DNA of 20,000 bases, taken from an uncultured virus (IMG/VR IMGVR_UViG_3300010371_000035) (lineage: Duplodnaviria; Heunggongvirae; Uroviricota; Caudoviricetes). How positions within the stretch are numbered: the first letter of the stretch is position 1; each line of letters opens with the position of its first letter. This document shows, in pieces, positions 1 to 6,642 of the stretch. The translations under genes and the position numbers were made by a program. Below the pieces are notes generated by a model, which did no database searches, was not told where the DNA came from, and worked only from the letters and a program-made list of their open reading frames with translations. The DNA is taken from IMG/VR virus record IMGVR_UViG_3300010371_000035. One strand, 5' to 3'.

Positions 1-1
1 C

Positions 2-388
2 GACGACGCCGTTCAATACAAGGCGTTGCACTTCAGTCGCGTGCCGGTCAGCGTCAACGGCCTGAAGACGGCACTGGCAAATCAGCATCCAGTGGTCATC
101 GGCATCTCGGTCTACGACAGTTTCGAGTCCGATGAAGTCGCACGTACCGGGATGGTGCCGATGCCGGGTCCGAATGAGAGCATGATCGGCGGCCACTGCA
201 TGTACGTGATCGGCTATGGTCAGAAGCCCGATCATTTCACCGTCCGTAATTCCTGGGGCGATGACTGGGGTGACAAGGGGAACTGCTACATCCCGTTCAA
301 TTTCCTCGGGTCGCCGACCTACGGATCCGACTATTGGATCATCGACCTGTTCGGATCCGACGCCGAGCAGCAGGCTCATACGGCTTAA
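2..388 (+). CDS. Papain-like (C1 family) cysteine peptidase, C-terminal part; 5' end lies outside the window
   Basis: GGHCMYVIGY (catalytic His) and VRNSWGDDWGDKG (catalytic Asn) motifs; frame is open back to position 2. Confidence 0.9.
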   Translation, partial: DDAVQYKALHFSRVPVSVNGLKTALANQHPVVIGISVYDSFESDEVARTGMVPMPGPNESMIGGHCMYVIGYGQKPDHFTVRNSWGDDWGDKGNCYIPFNFLGSPTYGSDYWIIDLFGSDAEQQAHTA

Positions 389-403
389 CAGAAAGGAACA
401 GAA

Positions 404-733
404 ATGCGTTCACTTGCAGGATCTCTTCTCACCATCTTCGCCTTCTTCCTTGGCGGCTGCAATTCGCAGACCGGAGGTATCGACGTCAGCGCCGTGCAGG
501 CAGCTCTCAAGAGCGCATGCGGCGTGGAGTTGGCGGCCTCGACCGCGCTCACCGAGATCCAGGCTCTGACCGGCGAGATCCCGGGGCTGTCTACCGCTCA
601 GCAGGTTGCCGATCTGATCTGCAGCAGCATGCGGACCCAGATGGCGGGCAAGGCCGGTGCGCCGCGCGTTGGTGTCACTGAGACCGTCAATGTCCAGAAT
701 AAGGTTCTCGTCCACGTTCAGCGGGCGCAGTAA
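404..733 (+). CDS. Putative lipoprotein
   Basis: AAGGA RBS; hydrophobic N-terminus ending in lipobox-like FLGGC. Confidence 0.75.
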   Translation: MRSLAGSLLTIFAFFLGGCNSQTGGIDVSAVQAALKSACGVELAASTALTEIQALTGEIPGLSTAQQVADLICSSMRTQMAGKAGAPRVGVTETVNVQNKVLVHVQRAQ

Positions 734-773
734 TCAGCCAACCCCGGTGACATGCCTATATAGCCGGGAAACT

Positions 774-822
774 GAGGGGCTGCCACCACCTAAGAACCAG
801 CCCCTCGCATTTTCTCAAGGAG
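774..822 (+). promoter_or_regulatory. Hairpin / U-tract / RBS leader of the 829 gene
   Basis: GAGGGGCTG (774-782) pairs with CAGCCCCTC (798-806), followed by GCATTTTCTCAAGGAG. Confidence 0.55.
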
Positions 823-828
823 AAGAAC

Positions 829-1143
829 ATGGCCGATACGGAAAAGGATCCGGAAGAGTTCGCCACCACTGGCGACGAGCAGGAAGAAGGGACCGAGTCC
901 GAAACGATGGAACTTGCAAAGGGTCCGGAACCTCTGCCGCCCTTCGAGGGCTGGATGCCAGCCCCTCAGCTTGTCTGGTGCAGGGTACGCGCCGATGAAG
1001 ACGGCAAGGTCGTCGAAGTCAAGCTGGCTTCAGACTATGACGTCGTTCGGACACATCAGTACGACGAGAGCCATCCCGTCGTGTTGGTCAATCGCGAGAT
1101 GCCGGAGCATCTACAACAGCCGGAGGATCCGAAACGGGGATAG
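829..1143 (+). CDS. Acidic hypothetical protein
   Basis: AAGGAG RBS; 104 aa, E/D-rich N-terminus. Confidence 0.75.
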   Translation: MADTEKDPEEFATTGDEQEEGTESETMELAKGPEPLPPFEGWMPAPQLVWCRVRADEDGKVVEVKLASDYDVVRTHQYDESHPVVLVNREMPEHLQQPEDPKRG

Positions 1144-1429
1144 CTTGGGCCGGGGGAACTAGAGGGCCACGATCGTTCTCCCGGATCCATCCAGCGGCGC
1201 GCGCCAGCATCGTGATGTTCCACAGACGCCGACCGTCTGGCATCTCGGCCAGATAGTGCGATGTGAATAGAGTGCCGGTGTAGACGATGGTACCCAGGAC
1301 TCGGCCGCTTATCCTTTCCACGACCGACCATTGATCAGGCTGGTACTTCCGGGTCTTGCAGATACCGTCGTAGCGGATGAACGTCGGCTTCAGTTCGTTC
1401 GGCTGAACGAGCAGGCGTGGCTTTCTCAT
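1088..1429 (-). CDS. Hypothetical protein
   Basis: ATGA overlap with the upstream - gene; 3' end overlaps the convergent 829 gene by 56 nt. Confidence 0.65.
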   Translation of the reverse strand: MRKPRLLVQPNELKPTFIRYDGICKTRKYQPDQWSVVERISGRVLGTIVYTGTLFTSHYLAEMPDGRRLWNITMLARAAGWIRENDRGPLVPPAQAIPVSDPPAVVDAPASRD

Positions 1430-1728
1430 CGCTCTTCTCTCCCGTAATCGAATCTAGATAGGTAGACGATGCGAGTCTCTCGCCTGAGTTCAAGATCAGC
1501 CCGCAGTTTCGTCTCCTGCATCAACCCGCGATTGATATCATCGACGTAGTATTCATCATTGGTCGTCTTGGCGAACTCCAAGCTGGTGCCGCAGCCCCAG
1601 CAATGAGCGGCTTCCTTGATTAGGTTTTGCTTCCCGCACAAACAGACCCTAAGAACGAACCGACATTTTGGACTGTACCGCGACATTTCCATTCGGACAT
1701 GGACAATGTCGTTGACGTTGATGGGCAT
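1426..1728 (-). CDS. Small Cys-rich (zinc-ribbon-like) hypothetical protein
   Basis: AAGGAGGAG RBS before MPINVND at 1728; CLCG and CWGCG motifs. Confidence 0.75.
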   Translation of the reverse strand: MPINVNDIVHVRMEMSRYSPKCRFVLRVCLCGKQNLIKEAAHCWGCGTSLEFAKTTNDEYYVDDINRGLMQETKLRADLELRRETRIVYLSRFDYGREER

Positions 1729-1736
1729 GGTGTTCT

Positions 1737-1862
1737 CCTCCTTGTAGAAAAAGTGCTCCCCCGGCGCCTGCGAAAGGATGGCCCCCATTCGACCATCCCA
1801 CACCGGGGGAGCTAGACCGTGGTTCGGGTCACCTGCACAGGACAGGCTTCTATGCCACGGCC
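1737..1862 (-). promoter_or_regulatory. Structured intergenic RNA: two hairpins, U5 tract and RBS
   Basis: GCTCCCCCGG (1755-1764) pairs with CCGGGGGAGC (1803-1812), with inner GGATGG/CCATCC; second stem CCGTGG/CCACGG (1817-1860); G-U wobbles favour the - strand. Confidence 0.6.
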
Positions 1863-1868
1863 GTCTCG

Positions 1869-2645
1869 TTACCTACGCCAGTTGGGATGGCGGAAGTAAT
1901 CGCTCACATTATTGAGGCCGGGGTCGGAGGCATAGCCGGACGAGCCGCCAGCATTACCACTCCCACCAGAAGCGCCAGCAGAGCCGCCGCTTCCCGACCC
2001 GCTACTGCCACCGCCGCCCGAAGATGATCCGGATCCAGCCCCACCTGAGCCACCACCTCCGGATCCGCCACCCCCAGACGAGCCTGAACCGCCAGAACCT
2101 CCCGAGCCGGAACCACCAGAGCCTCCGCCAGATCCTCCAGAGCCTCCTGAGCCGCCTCCCGAGCCTCCGGACCCACCGCCCGATCCTCCGCCAGATCCGC
2201 CAGAACCCCCGCCAGACCCGCCGCCACTCCCACCGCCAGAACCACCACCGGACCCGCCGGACCCACCGCCGCCGCCAGATCCACCGCCACCACCGGACCC
2301 GCCTCCGCCAGAACCCCCACCGCCCCCGGAGCCGCCACCGCCACCAGATCCGCCACCGCCTGATCCACCACCACCAGAGCCACCACCTGAACCTCCACCG
2401 CCAGAGCCACTACCGCCGGAGCCACCGCCCCCGCCAGAACCACCTCCACCGCCGCCGGATCCGCCCCCGGAGCCACCGCCTCCGGAACCGCTGCCGCCAC
2501 CGGAACCTCCGCCACCGCCACTACCGGAACCTCCGGAGCCACCGCCTCCCCCACCACCATGCGCGGAAGCGCTGGCAACGGAGAGAAGACCGGCGGCTGT
2601 GCCGCTTAGGAGAAGTGCGAGAAACCTACGCTTGGTCGTTGTCAT
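1869..2645 (-). CDS. Secreted glycine/serine-rich low-complexity protein
   Basis: GGAG RBS before MTTTKRRFLALLL...ASA signal peptide; about 210 residues almost all G/S with varied synonymous codons; short unique C-terminus. Confidence 0.8.
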   Translation of the reverse strand: MTTTKRRFLALLLSGTAAGLLSVASASAHGGGGGGGSGGSGSGGGGGSGGGSGSGGGGSGGGSGGGGGGSGGGGGSGGSGSGGGGSGGGSGGGGSGGGGSGGGGGSGGGGGSGGGGSGGGGGSGGGGGSGGSGGGSGGGSGGGSGGGSGGSGGGSGGGSGGSGGGSGGSGGSGGGSGGSGSGGSGGSGSSGGGGSGGGGSGGAGSGSSSGGGGSSGSGSGGSAGASGGSGNAGGSSGYASDPGLNNVSDYFRHPNWRR

Positions 2646-2674
2646 GTTTTGCTCCAAACCTCATCTGGTTGATG

Positions 2675-3052
2675 TTAATATGCCACTCGGCCTCTGGAAT
2701 ATGGATGCCAGTCCCCAGCAACCACGTGACATCTCTCGTGATGGATAATGTCATCTCGCACCCAACCCCTCAGGTTTTCGTCGATCATGATGACCTTACC
2801 GCCCCACGTGAGCCCGTAGAGCCGCCCGTTGATATGACGCGCGGCTGCAAGTCGATCCATGTCGGCCCTGGAAACAGGGACGACCGGGATTTTGATGTAG
2901 CTTAAGTCTTTCTGGCAAGCCACAGGGTAGTGGTTTCCCAGAACATCTGTCGCCGCGTAGTAGTCCGGAGTGTTGCTGCAAGCGCTGAGCACTGCAGCAA
3001 GCCCTATGAATAGGATTTTCACGGCGACCATCCGAAGAGGATATTCGCCCAT
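2675..3052 (-). CDS. Lipoprotein with HEXXH motif (putative Zn metallopeptidase)
   Basis: AGGAG RBS before ATG 3052; lipobox LSAC; IIHHERCHVVAG. Confidence 0.75.
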   Translation of the reverse strand: MGEYPLRMVAVKILFIGLAAVLSACSNTPDYYAATDVLGNHYPVACQKDLSYIKIPVVPVSRADMDRLAAARHINGRLYGLTWGGKVIMIDENLRGWVRDDIIHHERCHVVAGDWHPYSRGRVAY

Positions 3053-3181
3053 AGCACTCCTGCGAACAGCAGAATCGCCAGTGTCGTTCCACAATGGAAC
3101 AAGGTATAGTCTCGCATAGCCAGCCTTACTCTCCCAATGCACCCTAACCGGGCATGCCTTAACTATGCCACAAGCAACAGG

Positions 3182-3204
3182 GGAACAATAGCTGAACTTT
3201 ACAG
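3182..3204 (+). promoter_or_regulatory. Conserved junction motif GGAACA-N5-TGAACTTTACAG (putative late promoter element)
   Basis: Same motif and spacing at 16061-16083; both lie immediately before the RBS of the first + gene of a block. Confidence 0.6.
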
Positions 3205-3214
3205 GAGGCAGGCC

Positions 3215-3412
3215 ATGTTCCGATATCGCCAAGTAGAGTTCGACAATGGAGCGACGGTGTTTCTAAGACCCCAAGACCATGACCGCCAGATAGGACTTCT
3301 ACTGCAGAAGATGACTACGGAAAATCTGGTGCTTGACATTACGGTCGAGAAGGCTGCCGCCTGGGACTATGCTGTGAATCTATATCACATGCCTGTGATG
3401 GGATCTGCTTAA
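3215..3412 (+). CDS. Hypothetical protein (65 aa)
   Basis: AGGAGG RBS before ATG 3215 (MFRYRQVEF). Confidence 0.7.
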   Translation: MFRYRQVEFDNGATVFLRPQDHDRQIGLLLQKMTTENLVLDITVEKAAAWDYAVNLYHMPVMGSA

Positions 3413-3428
3413 CACAGAAGGAGACAAA

Positions 3429-4577
3429 ATGGCACCTCCGTATAAGTTGATAGACGTTGCGACCGGTCAGGTCGTCCAGACCGATGGCCAGAGTTGGGAC
3501 AACATGGACACTCAGCCTGGGAATACGATCGAGGTCTATTCTGGAACCGTGACCGGCGGACCCAACGCTCGCATCAGCCCCGGCGAAATCATTCGTCCGC
3601 CCAACACCGACCCGGATCCCGGTCCAGGCCCCGATCCCACCCCGCCATCAGGAGCAGACATGGATTATCCTCTGAACGAGACCCAGCTTGCGCAGTTCCT
3701 CCAGAGCTATGCCAACAACGGCATCATCGGTCAGCTCGATCCTCGGACCAAGGTTACTGTGACCAAGACCATTACCATCAAGCAGAGCAACAACGGTGCA
3801 GGGAGCCCGTGGGGCGTTGATGGGAACGGCGCGAAGATCACGTGGGGTGGTGCTGCTGGACAAGACATGCTCCAATACGTCGGCGTTCAAGGCGTGAACA
3901 ATCGTGGCTTGACGGTCCGTGGGTTGTTCATGGACGGCAATGGATATGCCGGTGGAGCAGCCGGTGCTTGCCTCAAACTGTCCGCACCGCTGGGTGACAG
4001 CGGTCCGATCTACGAGTTCCTGATCGAGGACGTCTACACTGTCTATGCCACCAACGGACTCTTCCTCGAAGGCGGTGTCTACGAAGGCATGTGCCTCAAC
4101 GTGCATGCGCAGAACCACAATGCTGATGGAATCTTTATGCAGAACCTGTCCAATGGGGCAGTCGTCAGCAATGTGTCGCTCCTGCATCCGAACTGCTCGC
4201 GGAACTTCGGTGCCGGGATCCATTCGGTCTACTCCTGTGACATCAAGTTTGGTTCCTTCGTGCTGAATGCTCTAGGCGGCGTGGTGGCTCCAGCCGGTCT
4301 GCGGTCGGCCAGCCAGTGCAACGGCGAGAACACTGGCGAAGCGGTCTTCGTGGTCGGATCCAAGGGCGGATATGGCTGCGCTATCAGCTCTTGCGAAGCT
4401 TCTTCGGACGGCCAGACGGTCTGTCGCAAGTTCCAGAACGGTGTATGGGTGAGCCTCGGCAAGCCCGAGCTCTATCTGATCAACTGGAGCGACGGATCGG
4501 GTACGGGCACCGTTCAGCAGATGAACCATTGCTCCTACTATGGATCAGGGACCAATCCAATGCGAGTTGTGAAATGA
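3429..4577 (+). CDS. Right-handed beta-helix (pectin-lyase-fold) protein, possible polysaccharide depolymerase
   Basis: AAGGAG RBS; PDPGPGPDPTPP linker; beta-helix-like repeats (LTVRGLFMDGNG, NHNADGIFM, NFGAGI). Confidence 0.7.
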   Translation: MAPPYKLIDVATGQVVQTDGQSWDNMDTQPGNTIEVYSGTVTGGPNARISPGEIIRPPNTDPDPGPGPDPTPPSGADMDYPLNETQLAQFLQSYANNGIIGQLDPRTKVTVTKTITIKQSNNGAGSPWGVDGNGAKITWGGAAGQDMLQYVGVQGVNNRGLTVRGLFMDGNGYAGGAAGACLKLSAPLGDSGPIYEFLIEDVYTVYATNGLFLEGGVYEGMCLNVHAQNHNADGIFMQNLSNGAVVSNVSLLHPNCSRNFGAGIHSVYSCDIKFGSFVLNALGGVVAPAGLRSASQCNGENTGEAVFVVGSKGGYGCAISSCEASSDGQTVCRKFQNGVWVSLGKPELYLINWSDGSGTGTVQQMNHCSYYGSGTNPMRVVK

Positions 4578-5002
4578 AAATGGCTCGGAACGAAGCGCCG
4601 TATCCGGAGATTCTCCAAGAGCTCGTGAAACGGCTCAGCTATCGGAAGTGGCGCTTCACCCTCGGCCATATCGACCGCGGACAAGGTTCGGAAGGCTTGA
4701 CCTTGATCATCACCACGGTTGGATATGACAGCTACAACCCGGAAGATGGCGAGAACTACCGGGTGAATCACTACATGCCGGTACCTCCAGCGGCCTACAA
4801 CGAACAGAGCTGGCGGCGTTGGCTCTTCGAGCAATGTCTGCTCGTCGAGAGACACGAGTGCTGTGAGTTCTTCAAGATCGATGGGAAGCGGCCCTATGCT
4901 CCCCACCACGGACCGGGCAACGACCCCTATATCGTCTTCGAACGCGGAAGCGACGAAGAGGCTAGGACCATGTATACTGGTGAGGTCCGCCCAAAGACGT
5001 AA
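4574..5002 (+). CDS. Conserved phage hypothetical protein (HE..EFF...G.RP.APHH motif)
   Basis: ATGA overlap with the upstream gene; ERHECCEFFKIDGKRPYAPHH resembles a recurrent phage protein of unknown function. Confidence 0.75.
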   Translation: MKMARNEAPYPEILQELVKRLSYRKWRFTLGHIDRGQGSEGLTLIITTVGYDSYNPEDGENYRVNHYMPVPPAAYNEQSWRRWLFEQCLLVERHECCEFFKIDGKRPYAPHHGPGNDPYIVFERGSDEEARTMYTGEVRPKT

Positions 5003-5043
5003 CCCAGGAGGCGATCATGTAGTTCCAACAAAGGAGGCCAATC

Positions 5044-5346
5044 CTGTTTCAGTTTCTCATCCTGTTACGATACCTCAAGAACATCCTTGCAAAGGTGAAT
5101 AAAATGGCTGGTGAACTTCAGGCACTTCAGAACGAAGTGGCGAACAACAACTCCGTTACCCAGAGCGCGGTGACCCTCCTGCAGGGCCTCAAGGCGGCTC
5201 TCGATGCGGCGATTGCGTCCGGCGACATGTCCCAGGTCCAGGCGCTGTCTGATCAACTGGCGTCTCAGGATCAGGCGCTCGCCGCTGCGGTGACCGCGAA
5301 TACTCCGACCCCGCCGGAGCCCCCGGCTCCGCAGGGCCGTCGCTAG
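5044..5346 (+). CDS. Ala/Gln-rich coiled-coil phage protein; start uncertain (CTG 5044, GTG 5095 or ATG 5104)
   Basis: Heptad-like ELQALQNEV...ALAAAVTANTP; AAGGAGG lies 6 nt before the in-frame CTG. Confidence 0.75.
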   Translation: MFQFLILLRYLKNILAKVNKMAGELQALQNEVANNNSVTQSAVTLLQGLKAALDAAIASGDMSQVQALSDQLASQDQALAAAVTANTPTPPEPPAPQGRR

Positions 5347-5465
5347 TTCGATGAAGTGACGTAGGGGGAGGGGGCAGTGCTCCTTCCCTTTACGTTCGTC
5401 TTTAGAACGCAAAGCGATAGGAAGATCCCAATCGCCATGCCGAGTAGGAGCATCCGAAAAGGCAT
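5343..5465 (-). CDS. Small membrane peptide (40 aa)
   Basis: TGATG overlap with the upstream gene; hydrophobic MLLLGMAIGIFLSLCV; its tail runs through the hairpin, which lowers confidence. Confidence 0.45.
   Translation of the reverse strand: MPFRMLLLGMAIGIFLSLCVLKTNVKGRSTAPSPYVTSSN
5359..5395. terminator. Hairpin at convergent junction, probable terminator
   Basis: ACGTAGGGGGAGGGGGCA pairs with GCTCCTTCCCTTTACGT, just after the + gene stop. Confidence 0.55.
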
Positions 5466-5578
5466 CACAGATTCCCTTCTACCAGATAATAGGTCATCAT
5501 ATCCGAGATTCGGATAAGGACCATGCCGATGAGAACACCGGCGGCGAAGGTGACAATCATCCATTTCCAGGAGAACAT
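5465..5578 (-). CDS. Small membrane peptide (37 aa)
   Basis: GGAGG RBS before MFSWKW; one predicted TM helix. Confidence 0.6.
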   Translation of the reverse strand: MFSWKWMIVTFAAGVLIGMVLIRISDMMTYYLVEGNL

Positions 5579-5580
5579 GG

Positions 5581-5772
5581 CTACCTCCGGTTCCGAAATA
5601 TTCTGGAAAACCGAAACCAAAATCGGAGCCAGCGTGGTGTCTCGATCCACATAGTGCCGACATGGCCGTAGTGCGGATCTCCTGTCATTCTTCTAGCCTT
5701 GAAACATCCGGTGAACTTGGTGTAATCACATTGTTCCGGCTTACCGCCGCCACAGTAGATGCAATGTTTCAT
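5581..5772 (-). CDS. Small Cys-rich hypothetical protein (63 aa)
   Basis: AGGAGG RBS; MKHCIYCGG..C..C; basic/aromatic C-terminus. Confidence 0.7.
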   Translation of the reverse strand: MKHCIYCGGGKPEQCDYTKFTGCFKARRMTGDPHYGHVGTMWIETPRWLRFWFRFSRIFRNRR

Positions 5773-5793
5773 CGTTGCCTCCTGGTAGAAAAA

Positions 5794-6006
5794 GACCGGT
5801 CGCGCGATCACCCGGCTGAGGTTGGATCGCCACCGGCTCTCGTCTTTGGGGAAAACGAGCCTCACTGCAGGAACCTTCGGGGGTGGGACTGTCAGGGTCC
5901 CTGCAGCACGTTCTAAATTGATAAAAGAAAGACGGAGAGTGTAGCCTCCGTCTTGGGCGTATGTGTGACCGATCGCCCCCTTTAGTCATTGCGATCGACT
6001 CCGCCC
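5794..6006 (-). other. Non-coding array of five adjacent hairpins
   Basis: Stems at about 5794-5838, 5839-5859, 5865-5906, 5929-5954 and 5955-6006. Confidence 0.6.
5922..5954 (-). terminator. Intrinsic terminator
   Basis: On the - strand: AAGACGGAG-loop-CTCCGTCTT followed by TCTTTT. Confidence 0.7.
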
Positions 6007-6022
6007 TAGTTTACCCAGATGT

Positions 6023-6241
6023 TTACCGGCTGTCTTTCCGCAATTCGTTGTCGAGATGCGGCCAGACAGTAGCCTTGATCTCATTAGCGACCGAATTGAG
6101 AGCGTCGAGGAGAGCGATTGCGTCCTCTTCGAGATCCTCGTTCTTGGAATCGCAGTCTGCGCGATACTTGTTTATCTGCTCCTGCAATGCCACGGCCTTG
6201 CTGTAGACGTTCCAGAGTTCGCTCACGCGCATGGTGCTCAT
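6023..6241 (-). CDS. Hypothetical helical protein
   Basis: AGGAG RBS; 72 aa amphipathic helices. Confidence 0.75.
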   Translation of the reverse strand: MSTMRVSELWNVYSKAVALQEQINKYRADCDSKNEDLEEDAIALLDALNSVANEIKATVWPHLDNELRKDSR

Positions 6242-6251
6242 ATTCGATCTC

Positions 6252-6545
6252 CTATCGAACGCCGTGCTTGTTCTTCAGCATCTGCCGCCGATCAGCAATT
6301 TCGGCGGAGGTGCCAACGAAGTGGTCGCTGATGACGCCACCGATTCCTTTCGCGCTGGTCTGCAATATGATGTTCACATACCGGCGCGGCTCCGTTGGCC
6401 GTTCGCACACCGGACAGCCCTTCCCGTTATCCGAATGGGCGATCCCATGCAGCGTGCAGTAGGTCTTGCCACCGACTATCCGAGGAGCGATACTCCGTTC
6501 GCCCATCGTCAAGCGCGGCAGCTCTGCTTTGTCTGTCGATACCAT
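6252..6545 (-). CDS. Hypothetical protein with CxxH...CxxC zinc-finger-like motif
   Basis: AGGGGA RBS; CTLH and CPVC. Confidence 0.7.
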   Translation of the reverse strand: MVSTDKAELPRLTMGERSIAPRIVGGKTYCTLHGIAHSDNGKGCPVCERPTEPRRYVNIILQTSAKGIGGVISDHFVGTSAEIADRRQMLKNKHGVR

Positions 6546-6580
6546 TTCAGTCCCCTAAACGGTTTATAGAACAAACCCTA

Positions 6581-6622
6581 ACCGGGCAGCGCCAGTGTAG
6601 CCGGGCAAGTTACTGAATTATA
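6581..6622 (+). promoter_or_regulatory. Conserved junction motif ACCGGGCAGCG-N4-TGTA-N15-GAATTATA
   Basis: Same blocks at identical spacing at 10162-10203, upstream of the portal gene. Confidence 0.6.
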
Positions 6623-6642
6623 CATGAAAATAGGGTGATCCA

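Noticed and set aside
1940..2560. Microcin B17-like RiPP precursor, or synthetic GS-linker contamination
   Set aside because: No YcaO or other maturase in the window and no Cys; irregular repeats, mixed codons and native flanks argue against a synthetic origin.
1904..2905. Long alternative ORFs (1904-2578 -, 2024-2905 +) and a Pro-rich + frame
   Set aside because: Shadows of the Gly/Ser repeat; only the Gly frame has an RBS and a signal peptide.
4316..4573. N-terminal extension of the 4316-5002 ORF
   Set aside because: Overlaps the beta-helix gene; the ATGA-coupled start at 4574 is more plausible.
5017..5022. Genome-wide TAG recoding
   Set aside because: TAG cleanly ends several genes (1143, 5346, 13914, 14138) and long genes have no internal TAG.
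5794..6006. CRISPR array or tRNA genes
   Set aside because: The hairpins differ in sequence, with no repeat-spacer periodicity and no cloverleaf or T-loop consensus.
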